DNA of 64,000 nt. It comes from Tubulanus polymorphus (lineage: Eukaryota > Animalia > Nemertea). Below the pieces are notes generated by a model. It saw nothing but the letters and a program-made list of their open reading frames with translations, was not told the DNA's origin and made no database searches. The translations under genes and the position numbers were made by a program. The stretch is taken from positions 3,372,175 through 3,436,174 of the forward strand of contig NC_134032.1 in the NCBI RefSeq assembly GCF_964204645.1. The letters are read 5' to 3'. Positions 33,915 to 46,143 of this stretch are shown here, piece after piece (position 1 is the first letter of the stretch; every line of letters begins with the position of its first letter).

Positions 33915-36900
33915 GTGGCCTCCCCCTTTAAAAGCCAAGTGTTTGCCCTCGAACAATTGAAAAATGCTTATAATGTATGAAAACTGAATGAACGGTTTAA
34001 AGAAATGACATAATTATGATAATAGTTGCATGATAAAGATGTAATAATACGGTGAGAAAGCAATAACACAATGATAGAAGGTGAATGTACATAAAAATGA
34101 TAAAACGTGAATTGATATAATGTCCAACGACTAGAGGTAACAATGTCATGAGTTCCATACAGTACACAAAAAAATACTGAGTAGCGCGCTCGCGCACGAA
34201 AGAGTTCGTTAACTTGATTCGCGTAAGTTGGGTAAGGCCATTTTTATATCCGTTTCCACATGTCTCAGTGAGAGACAATTTTCCTATCAACTATGCCAGA
34301 ATATAATTTGAGCTTGCTCGCATGAGCCGCTGATGGCAATGTCCGACCGTCCATCGTTTTTAACTTGTATGTAATGGGATCTAGCTTTCCCGCCGGAACT
34401 GCCTGATAAATAGTAAAGGGGCCTGTCCACGGATGTTTCAATTTCTTTGTAAGCCGTTTCTTACTTACAGTTGGCTTATATAATAAAACCTTGTCTCCGA
34501 CTTTAAACGGTCTGCAGACCGTAGCGTTTTTCTGTCGTAATTTCTTTTTATTTCTATTTGCGAATCTTGTTGATTACCGATTGCAGTTTGATGGCTTAAA
34601 GCTAATGTCTGCTGGAGTCCGTTATAATATTCAATATGGGTTCTAGACCGTTGAGTTTCTGGTGGCAACAATAGATTATCCACTGGTAGCCTCGGCTCTC
34701 TTCCATATAGAAGAGAGAGAAAGACGATAACTTTGTCGCTTCGCTTGGTGCAACTCGATAAGCAAACAGGGCCGCTGGAATATAGACATCCCAATCATTT
34801 TGCCTTACATTAGCAGTGAGACGCGTTGCAAGGGTGGAATTGAATTTTTCCACTAGGCCATCGCATTGCGGTCTGTAACTGCTTATATGTGTCGGAGATT
34901 TTTTCAAATTCTCACAGAGCACTTCCACGATTTCTGTCAGAAAATTGGCACCTCTGTCTGAATGCAGTACGCGAGGGCAACCATGGCGGCATACTATGTG
35001 GTCGAATAGTAAATCAGCCGTGGTTTCTGCGGTTATATTTGGTACGGCGAAAGCTTCGGGCCAACGAGTCGGTATCTGCTAATATCCTGACATTAGATCG
35101 CAACACGTAAAGTATTGTGCCGATGCCTCCCCTAGTGTATCGAGGGTGTCATCTATCCTAGGTAAGGGATACGAGTCTTTAATTGTCGCTTCATTTAATT
35201 TCCTATAATCAACACAGAATCTATACGAGCCATCGGACTTTGGTACTAATACTGTAGGTGAGGCCCTTGCGCTAGAACTAGGGCGGATGATTTTTGAATT
35301 TAGCATGTCCGTTACAAGTTTGCATTCTATTTTCCTCATAGGAGGTGCCCTACGGTATGGTTGTTGTTTTATTGGCTTTTGGGTTCCTACGTCGATTTTA
35401 TGTTCCTCTTTAAAAGTTCAGCCTAATTCGTCGTTAGTTTTTGCAAATGTGTCCGAAAATTAATCGATGAGTGTTTTGAGTTTTTCCTTTTGAGAATGAT
35501 TTAGATCGGTTTCGTCTAATGAAATATGATTAGATTGTTTGAACTCCCCAGCTGCTTGTTCGGTAGCGGCATCTGTCTCGTCAAACGAGGAAGATACTTC
35601 GGGGGTAATCGGTATCAGATGAGCTAGGGTTAACTATTTCGGCAACGTTTGGGGTTCCTTATTCATGTTCTTTATTGGTACAGGGACTTTCCCCTGTTCT
35701 ACGGTGACTAAAGCCCGTCCAGGTAGAAGACCGATGACCTGAGAAGGAAATGCCTTGTTGGGTTCAGCGAGGACCGTGGTACCGTTCTTTACCATTCACG
35801 TGTGCATAATCTTCTGTGATAATGCGGGTAAACTTATGTTGTTGATGTTATGTACTGATTTTGCCCCATTGATAGCTATATTTTTCTGAAGCTTGATTGG
35901 CTTGCTACCATTTAGACATAGGGTTTCCTCATTGTAATTTACGATAGCACCATTAGTGTTAAAAAAAATCGAGACCCAATATGAGTCGATATTCCTGTGG
36001 TCGTGCCACATAGACCGGTTGTATTATATCAACTTCGCCAAGACTAATGGGTACCTGGGCTAAGCCAAGTATTTCTATTTTACTACAATTAGCTCTGTTA
36101 GCGTGATTGTATTTGCAGGGTTGTAATTCAATAGCTCGTATTTCCGATATCTGATTAAATAATTCCTTGCTCATCACAGAAATGGCGGCACCACTATCGA
36201 TCAATGTAGTGACGGGTGTGAGTCCATCAACTTTGGAATTGACCAGGTTGCCAATTGATGACAATATAATCGGATTTGGTGTTTCGTCACGATTTTTTGT
36301 TATTTGCCCTAGTGTATCTACTAGACTTTTTATCTGGTCGTTATAGAACTTCTTTTTATTTTCAATCAATTGTTTTGGTTGGTTTCAGCGACCGACTATA
36401 TTTTTGTTACTGTGGGATCGGTTTCTGCACGATGTGGGATCTATTCTATCTTTTCTACTACTTCGTTTGGAACCGTTTGGCCCTATAGGATGGGTTTCTG
36501 CTCCAGTAGTTTTGATTATACTGGATCCGCCTAAACCATCGACTTGGTCCAAACTTTTCGAAGCTTTGGTAGCCTCAATGGAATGATTTTCTATATTCTC
36601 GCCAAAAGTTCCAAAAGGGATAGTTTTGATTATATCACCGTTGTTTGGAGAACTTGGAGAGTTTGTTGTAGATTTATTTATTTATTTTGTAGCTGGCGTG
36701 AGTTTCAGGTCCTTTTGAAATTGCTGAGTTGTTGATGATTTGTTTTAGCTCAGAGTGGGACCTGTCAGCCTGAGCTATCGGCCGTTTCCCGAATTTCTGC
36801 TTTCGTTTCTTGGTGTACGTTTGAGGTGCTGCTGCTTTAGTGGAGGTGTCTGTTCGATAGCCAATTTCACGACATTTACTACAATACGGTTTCGCGAGAC

Positions 36901-37700
36901 ATTCGTTTTCATAATGTCCCATTCGACGGCAGTTTTGGAAACGGTCATTTGATTTAGCTTTTCTAGAATAGGTTCTAAACGTGTGAGGTGTCTTTGAGGG
37001 ATGCTATTGATATGGGAGTCGAAGTGATATGTGTGTCTACGGTGTTCACGATTTGACTGACATTCCTTGTTTCGAGCCATTGCGGGAGTCTGTTCAAAGT
37101 TAAGTGGATTCTGCGGCATTACAAACTCATTTAGGATAGCCTCAAGCCGAATCTGACGAATACGCTTAGTTTTACTTCTTCCGGTACATTGCAACACCTG
37201 GCCTCTTTGTTTATGGTTTTGATGAATGTTTCGAGTGACTCTCCGGGCTGTTGTTTAATCTCAATGAATTCGGTGAGGCCGAAATTTGCATTTTGTCGGG
37301 TAAAAGATTGTGTGAGATATGTCCTAATAGCCTCATACGTCGGTAGAGCTGTACGGTCAGTTTTCTTTTTGTGTATGTAAACTGATCTGGCTTTGTCAGT
37401 CAAATTCGTTGTCAGAAATTTCTTTTTATACGAAGCAGGCACCTCGAAGGTTTCAATGACCTCTTCGAAATGATCAACAAATTCATCAACTGAGATCTCG
37501 TCCTCCCCGTTAAATTTCGGCAGTTGTGTCAAGATCGTTCGAACTTGGGTTTCGTGTAGAATATCTGGTTTCAATAGTGATGTGTTCATTTGTTGATGAA
37601 ATGGATGTAATAACCGTGGCGGTTGTATAACTTCGGTATTTAGTACATGTACGAAAGGGGGAGTGTATTGTTGTTAGTTTATCCGAAGCATTTAAAATGA
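33522..37700 (-). mobile_element. Decayed Ty3/Gypsy LTR retrotransposon (gag, Zn knuckle, protease, partial RT, integrase); most of RT and RNase H deleted
   Basis: LPKFNGE..QQPGESLETF (gag); CRRMGHYENEC; LIDSGAAIS; RFCVDYRKLN..PLPRIDD..DLMSGY; YRPQCDGLVEKFNSTL; WTGPF. Confidence 0.93.
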
Positions 37701-38039
37701 ATATTTATAACGCGCAAAATATACCCGGAAATGAAACTGATGGAATTGAACCGATCCAACTCGGACCACCGTTCAGTCATGAGACCAGGTGATTGCGAGC
37801 TTCACGGATCTAGACATACTTACTTAACTTTCTGCATCATCTTGTCAATGGTGTGCCTCAGGTCACGTTCCAGTAATTTATTCCGCACCGCTTTCTTCTT
37901 ATCAACACGTGTCTTCTTGGGCTGCTTACCCAAGGGTACTGGCACGGGTTTATGTGAGGGAATCGACACAGGCATAATTCGTTCCATAGCTGGAACAATC
38001 GAAGCGATTCGTGTGAATGAAAAGCGAGTCGCTATGTTG

Positions 38040-38560
38040 GTCCTTAGCTCTCTCCGAAAATATGCCCGTGCATATTTAGCAAATCCTTAAACACCCTGAC
38101 GATTCAGGTGCAATCTATCTTTCGCAAACATTTCGGCTTTTACGTTCGATTTGGCTAGGAAGAATCGATACCCTCGCATGAATCGTATCTCGGCTCCGTG
38201 CGATTTCACCTTCTTCGCGACGTGTTGATTGACACTGACGATTTTGTCACCGGTTTTCTTTTCGTCGATTGGTCTGGGAAGAATTGCAGATATCAAAACG
38301 CAGCGGCAACCTTTTCCCGAAAACCTTGTGGCAATAGCCATGATATTGTTTGCTTTGTCTAACGCCGCAAGATTGCCGTTTATATCGTTGGTCCCAACAT
38401 TTAGAACAATGTAATCATACTGGCAACATAATCCAAGCTGGTCAAAGTTATTTTACATTTTCTCGTAAGTAATACCCCGGTGTGCTTGGACATCGACGTC
38501 CAAGCAGCTGCCGAGAAATTTCAACATCGAGTCACACCCAATACTACACGAAGCAGACAT
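38040..38560 (-). pseudogene. SGNH/GDSL hydrolase-like ORF with premature stops
   Basis: GCDSM (block I), VLNVGTND (block III), SAILPR, KDRLHLNRQG (block V). Confidence 0.75.
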
Positions 38561-41500
38561 GTTTATGAAGTTTGGCCTGGTGGTAGCTTGTCGAGGTCTA
38601 TATACACCCGAAACGCGGATAAGTAATGTATGCGTACAATCTGTGCATTGTTCTCAAGTAGTCATCTACTCGAGGCTAGTTATGCTAATTAACAATATCA
38701 TTGACTGGTGACGCGCAGATGTCACTAATGCTAGTGGCGCCATGGGACTAGTAATTGTACTATTTCAAAAATTATCCAATGCAATCCAAACGGCCCTTTA
38801 ACTACAACACCTTCATTGTTTAATACTAGTTCCATTTTGTTTTCACTAACAAAACGCCTTTTCTTGTTTGTGATTCTATTCTGCAATCGCTTATTGAACA
38901 CCTTTCAAGAATGATGAATTCGATGATTTAAATTTTGAATTTTAATATTTTTGAAATTGTAATTGTAATTTTTATTTTATCACTGTGTCCCGATTGAAAA
39001 TGATTTTAAATCGGGAGCCCAACCGGGAACCGGGGGCAAGCTTCATGGGGGTGGATCGGGTACCAATTTGTTTCAAAATCAGCATATGACGTATACTATT
39101 GCACTTTAAAGGGTGCGAGGTAAGCACACCAATTGATCTTTACAATTTTCCTCTCAATGTGGCCCGCATACTCTTCTTTTGCATTGCGAATCATTTACAC
39201 CAGGCCGCTCCTTGCACACGGGAGTCATCGTACGGTCTTCTCGTATTTCATTTCAACCGGATTTGGATATTTTTTTTTCTACGTCTGTTATGAGTTCAGC
39301 TTTGCATTTGTGAACAGTAAATTGCATCCGCATTTCCATTTTATTGCATGTATATTTTCTCCTGATATTTCTACTTGGTGATTCTTGATAATATTCTATT
39401 TCCTACTGTATGGTCGAATTCTTTAGTTTATCAGCGTGTAAATTATATGACCGCATCGAAACTTTCATCCCTGACTATCCCTTAAGAAAGTAGACCATTA
39501 CAGAACGTGTGTCGAGTTGATAAAGTTGACATTAGAAATAGATTCAATGTTTGTGACGATTTTATAATGTGTATGTAGTCGCATGTTTCAGATGCAGTTT
39601 TTCGATGTCCAAATTTTTCAAAGTCGCAATTATTTGGGAGAAAATAGAGTCCCATCTTGAGGAACAAATTATCTATTCATCCGAACTCTTCTATCGGACG
39701 CAACCGCATATAGTATCTTATTCTGCCTGTCAAATCTTTCCTAAAATAGGATAAGATGATTTGTAAGAGGATGGATCCTCGGATAATGGTCTTATGCTGT
39801 TAATACTAGGCTCAAGTTCTAACTCCTCACTATCTTAGAATTCCTTGACGTAACGTTCCTTCTCTCATCGATCATTTGAGATGAGGCCATCCACTAAATT
39901 CAGTTTTGACCTATTGGCGTTTTTGAGACGTGGAAATGCATTTCGTTAATAATCCCATTTCTAAGTTAGGCCAATGCCAGATTTCATGCTCTCGGATTTT
40001 TGTACCCCACTTTAACAGCATTTTTAATTGTAATCAACGCCCTCGCCCTACAGTTGTCTCTCCGTATCGCTGTGTTTGCAGTGTTATTTTTGGTCTCTGA
40101 CAAATTTCGAGCAATAGAAAATGAAACAATTCTTCCCCAGTTCATCGTTCGGCTTTCTATGGTGGCATTTCGCAAACCGAAAAGAACTGGCCTCTTTTTA
40201 ACGTACGCGCTGGTATATTATTTACTATCGAATCGAACGAATCCCTATTTTCGTCGAGCATTCCTTTTAGTGTAGGCGTCGAACTTCGTGGACGCCTGCA
40301 AGAAAGAATGTATTTACGAAATACGTGTCGTCTTTGCATGTTTGCAGTTCTTTTTCTTCAAAAGTTTATAAATTTTAACTTAGCGTCGCTCCAAAAAGGT
40401 CGCTCTGCCGCTCCTCGAAATTGTTCGATGCGCCGCTCCCGAAATAGTTCGCTGTGGTTCCTGTTGCTGTCAAAGATCTGTAGTAATTGTTGATCTGTGG
40501 TTCCAAAAATTTTTAAACGTTTGCTGAATGCGTCGTATCTGTCGAATTTATAATTTGCATGTCACGCAAATATCACTGATGATGAAAATCCACTGGTGGT
40601 ACGCGGAGTTTGGTACGCGGAAAAAAACAGTTTTACTTAACAATGTTTTTTATCACCAAGCTGGCTAAACTTCTGTGGCCGTAAAACTTTAACTACCACT
40701 AATAACAAGTGTCCTTCCGAATCACTTTCGAATCACGAACACAACTCCGTAATGATTAAAATTCAATCCCGTTAGAAGTTCTCCAACAGTAAAAAAAGTT
40801 TGTGACGATTATGACCACTGCCACAAAAGATTTCCTATATAAATTACGTATCAAGTTTTACTAGTTGTAAAAACTCAAAAATTGCAGGAGAGCTCGAGGT
40901 GAGCTTTCTCCTATCTCGAAATCTCAAAAGCGTCTACCCTCTCTCCAAACTATCCACGCCCAACTTCCTGCAGGGGCTCCCTTAAAAATAATCTCTCAAA
41001 GATCCATTCAAGTCAAAAAATTAGATAGTTTATCCCCTAAAATGTTGAAAAGGAACTTACCCAAAATAATACTAATGTATTTAACTCCCGCCACATAATT
41101 GTGAAATCCTAATATTCCTCTTTATAGAATAAAAATGAATACTTTATGAGATTAAAATAATTGAAATTCTTGTGAACCCCATAGCTTCCGGTAAAATTGC
41201 ATCAGCAAATACGTGTCAAAATTCACAACTCATAATAATTAACACCAAGGCTACATGAGCCAGCGACCTCATAAAACTTGAATATGTTTAAACTAGTGAA
41301 CTAAATTCAGCAAATGCCTGTTATGAAAACTAGACAACACGAACCAACAGATTTTACATTTAACTTTAAGATCAAACATTTAATGATAAACAAAATTAGA
41401 TATAACGTAAGGAATTTAAGGAAATATATATAAAACCGACTACAGGCTGTTCCAACTAAAATGATGGGACCCCCCATAGTAGTGGCTACATACATATATA

Positions 41501-44500
41501 CAATACCAGAATTACTAAAATATTTACCAAGAAAAAGTCAATGAGACAAGTACCATACTGTACATATGTAACTTCAGGCATGTTGGCTTTCTTTCTAATG
41601 TGCGAGTTTTGCAACATTTCTGCAGTTTTAGAAGGTATCCATTTTTTGCTTCATTAAGAGCCAATAAATATCACAAAGTTAGAACTATCTATCAAGTAGT
41701 CTTTGACGGTGCTTGCTTTGATTTTCCCCAACATCGAGTGTAAAAATTTTACTTCAACTTTTCGCATTTTCGCTGGCGAGTTAACTGTCAAACTTTTTAC
41801 ATAGGCACGCATTACCATTTCAATGTCCCTTGCCCTTTTATCTGCAAATGATCCTTCTTGGTCCCGCCTCCAAATGATTGGACCAATTCCTTTAAAGCTC
41901 AACTTCTCTCTAGTCGAGATATATAAAACTGTTTTCAATCCATCTATGGTTCAAATTCCTTTTCCAAGAAAGAGGAATGCTAACAAAGGCCGGCTGTACA
42001 TTTTTTAATTCAATTTATTTCATATCCGTACATAATATGGACTTTTCATATTTGCTTAAATAAACATCCATCCTCCAGATTTTTGTGAAAAAATGAACAT
42101 TTTGCTTCTTGTTCTGGGCTCCATTCTCAGAATTGGTTGCGTTCAACACCACTCTGCGAGAGATATCGGTAATACTGGTACGGAAAACCGATACGGTACT
42201 GGCGGCTTTTGTTTCACTCGATATCTTAAGTATATATTCTAATGATCTGTATGGATAGAACGGTATATTTTTTCAAAAAGTTATTTCGACCTAGGCTGAA
42301 GGCGCATTTGTATAAATGGTTTTCTTTAACGATTTCGATATCCTCTTCGATGCCTGATTTTCGAAGTTTAGATTTACCCACTCCTCCATATACAGCGAAA
42401 TTAACCATCATCCCGATGAAGTGAAGATCCTCATTACGCTCATCCTTGAGTTAAACGTTTGACTCCCCTTACGAAAACATTACTCGAGAATTTTTTTTTT
42501 TTACATGTGTGAAAATTCATTTCTCATGATGTGAAATGGGCAGTAATGGGAAGTAATGGGCGTAAATGTGACAATTCACATATGCAAAATATAGAAATTC
42601 ACACGTGTAATTTTCACACGTTTAATCCAAAATATTTCATTTTATAATCACGAAATCTCCGAATACCATCAATCGAATATCACAATCCTAAACTCCTTTG
42701 CCAAATCTTGTCAAAATCCTGCAATACTATTTTTGCACAATAGAAATACCCTAGTATTTTGTTTTGGTTTATTTAATGACTTCCATATATGTGAAAATTT
42801 GATTAATTTTTTCCAAATATTCCCGACCGGTCATACTTGATTTTCTGCGCCATTTTTGCTCGGATCTCGGCAGGTGTTATATCTGGAAATATTTCCATTA
42901 GATGGCCTAGGAGGAAAAAGTCAATAAAAGAAATAAATCCACGGGAGCTCATTATTTCATGAAAACTGACAATTTCTCAGAGTGTAATGAAACTTACGAA
43001 TAATGAGATTCACGCGCACTTGATTAAGCGCATTTGCTTCATCCCACCGCCTGTTACTGTTTTCATCGCCATCTCCTCAGAAGTAGTTAGAGCTGACATC
43101 AACGAAGACGTCAGTTTTCCGAAGGTTTTTGATGCTATCTATTTAGTATAGGATGACGTAGTTGGATCTAGCAGTGGATATGCTAACTGAAAGAGATCAT
43201 CATTCACCAATCTACTGTGTTGGAGACTTGCCGTATAATGACAGCGGTACTAGAACATTGTCCATAGAAGATTCATCGTGAAAACCTGAAAAAATAAAGC
43301 CAAAAAAATAGAAGTAACGACAAAGTGCAAAGAACTTCCTACATCGAAAAATATTTGCGGTTGCGCCGGACCGGGCACGTTTTTTTTATGACCGGCAGTA
43401 TATATTCTACAATATGGCCATCAGTAAATATCGAGAAGGAGTATCATGTTACCGTTGACTGCGTTTCTTGTTCCACAATGCAAAAGCCATATCTCTATCG
43501 TATTGTTCTGTCGTTAAAAGAACAATTGCTATGCTGTCTCTGTCCCATAAATTATGTGATTATTGGTTGATTTTCTTGCAATTTAGATAATTAACTTAAA
43601 CTAAGTAAATATTTACAGCTATACGTGGATTGGAGTCGCTGTCTTGGCAACTTCTGGTTGTCGAGCGAGGAATCAGCCTCTGAGGGAGTCACAATATTGT
43701 GTGTATGCTACGAGCAGTTATCTCGTATTGTTTCGTATTTTTACAGAAATATACAATAATACACAGGGATATAAAAAGCACATATATCTACGCAGCTATT
43801 TGCCGTTAATGTCATTACTCCCTACAGACGCTTTTAATCGATCGTACATGTCCGAAATTTCGAGTGCCATCTGAAATAGTCGATTGAGATTATACAGAAC
43901 CATCTGCATACTCGGCATCGTCGACGCGTTGTCGACGGCAATAGTTGCTATTAAATCGTTTTTGAAAAGCCATATATATTTCTTAGTAAACCTAATCCGT
44001 ATTTTACGTTTTTTAACAAGATATTACTATCGCACCCATGGTCGACATTTGAAACCAACCACGAGGTCGTTGGGGGCGCAAAGTTCTGTATTATGTCATC
44101 AAACACCTACCCACACGCGAACAAGTTGGTGAAGTATGTATTAACCTCGACTAGAACGTCGCACGCGAACGCTTAACATTGCGAGATGATTTATGCGGTG
44201 CTCAATACCTCGCAAGCAACAGCATCGGCGGCAGAAATTGATTTGTGTAAGTCGTTAGCTATAGTGGTTTGACGCGCCCGTCGCAGTATATGTTCCCGTA
44301 GGCGAACAAGTAGATTATTACGTTGACCTGACACATATTCGTTTTACTATTCATTTATCTTAAATAAATTTGCAGATTTTTATTCGGCGCCCGAATAACG
44401 AGATCTTCGCTCGTTTTTTTTTGTACACGACTCACTTAATCTTATTGCATACTTGGCAACCAGTTCTTTATCACCAGCGCGGTAGCGGAAAAATGCGTCG

Positions 44501-45800
44501 ACCTTCTCTTTTCGACCACTGAAATCTTTTTCAGTAGCCAAGATTTTATTTCTCCCGCTATATTGTACATCGGTATTGTTTCGCTTCAGGCAAAAATCTC
44601 GGCATCGAAAGGCCACTCGCGCGTACTTTCGGGTGCCGGTTCCTTCCTCACACGGATTCGTCATCATCATCGTCCTCGTCACTGCTCGCAGTGATTAATA
44701 TCCAAACCGCTACCGAAAAATCGTTGTCATTTTCGGTGAGTAGTGTCCGGGCGGATCACGCAAGTAGTCGTTTTCGGTACGCTGATTCATCAAGTTTTTC
44801 GTATATGGAGGCGATGCCCCATGAAGGCATTTAATTGAATTCATGACTTCGTCGAATTTTGATTCCATAGAATTTAGCAGTGAATTGATTGCCTCAACCA
44901 GCTGTTGATTTATTTCACCGATTATGGAGGGAAGATCCCGAATATCGTTTTCTAAAGTAAAATAATAACCCTCTGGAATTTCATGCACATTTAAAGAACC
45001 TCCGTCCATTGAAAGAACGGTCGGTATCACTAGCTGTCTGCAATTGGACTTGAAAAGTAATATCGTTCCCTTAAGGCCGCACTGGCGTTTGGTTTGCCTG
45101 CAAAGGATCAACTTCTTTGGCTGAACGAGACACAACTTTACGAGATGGCATTTGAAATTCCGATCTCGTTTTAGGGATTGCGCCGGCAGTTTTTTTGTGA
45201 CACTGATACATTGTAGGTTTTGTGTCCATAGTAAAGAGTAGTGAACGGTGTGAAAGAAAGATCGAAGAACCTTGAATAGCACCAAAAATTGATAAAAACA
45301 ACGTTTAACAGCACAGGGCTGAGTCAACTAAAAAAAACCCATGAATAGAAAAAGATAATTATACCAGAAAACTGTTGAATCTCGCGGCAGGGTTCTCCAC
45401 CATTGTAAGACTTTGATACATACGAATATGTAACTATAATCCAATATTATCCAGGATCAAACACGAGAGACAGCGATCGGTATAAATATATACAAGCGTA
45501 GTTTATTCTACGAGTGTTAGTTAGTAAATTGACAAAGTTGTCGAGAATGTTAGTATCTTATACATAACGGTTACTATTTACAATAACTACTCTAACGACG
45601 TATAAAATAATATTCAGTAGACTGCATATAATGACACTGAAAATTCTCAGCCATTGTACGCAACATTTTTCTGATTTCGTGGCCTCGTTCTTGAGTTTGG
45701 TTCGGATTGGAATGATACGTGTGAAACATCGTGTGATACAAGAGCATGAACCGATTCGCAGCATAACGTCCCGAAAAAAAAAACGAACAGAGTTAGTCCA

Positions 45801-46052
45801 CTAAGGACTCCAGTACATTTGTACCGTGGGCAGATGCACGACACCCATCTGGAATAATAATCCGATGAATGTCCAGAATTCCGTTGCATCGATATCGCAC
45901 CAATGACGGATACATGAATTCGACTTCAAGTTTCCCGCGGCGATCTTTTCGCTCGCGTATCGATTTATCTCCGTCACGATATTTTCTCCGACTTCATTGG
46001 TAAGAAATAAGCTAAAATATGCTATTGGATTGCCGACGTGAAAGAACGTCAA
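45801..46052 (-). mobile_element. piggyBac-like transposase fragment
   Basis: PIAYFSLFLT..IVTEINRYA..W.DI..EFWTFIGLLFQMGVVHLP..YWS. Confidence 0.85.
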
Positions 46053-46143
46053 ATATATAAAGAGTTAAACGTCGATATTAATATAAACGCGTATATAGAT
46101 ATTCTTGCATTTATTCGGGCGGTAATATTGAAATACGTGGTTA

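Noticed and set aside
39000-45330. Scattered 60-200 aa ORFs
   Set aside because: No motif I could recognise; probably decayed mobile-element or exon fragments, left unannotated.
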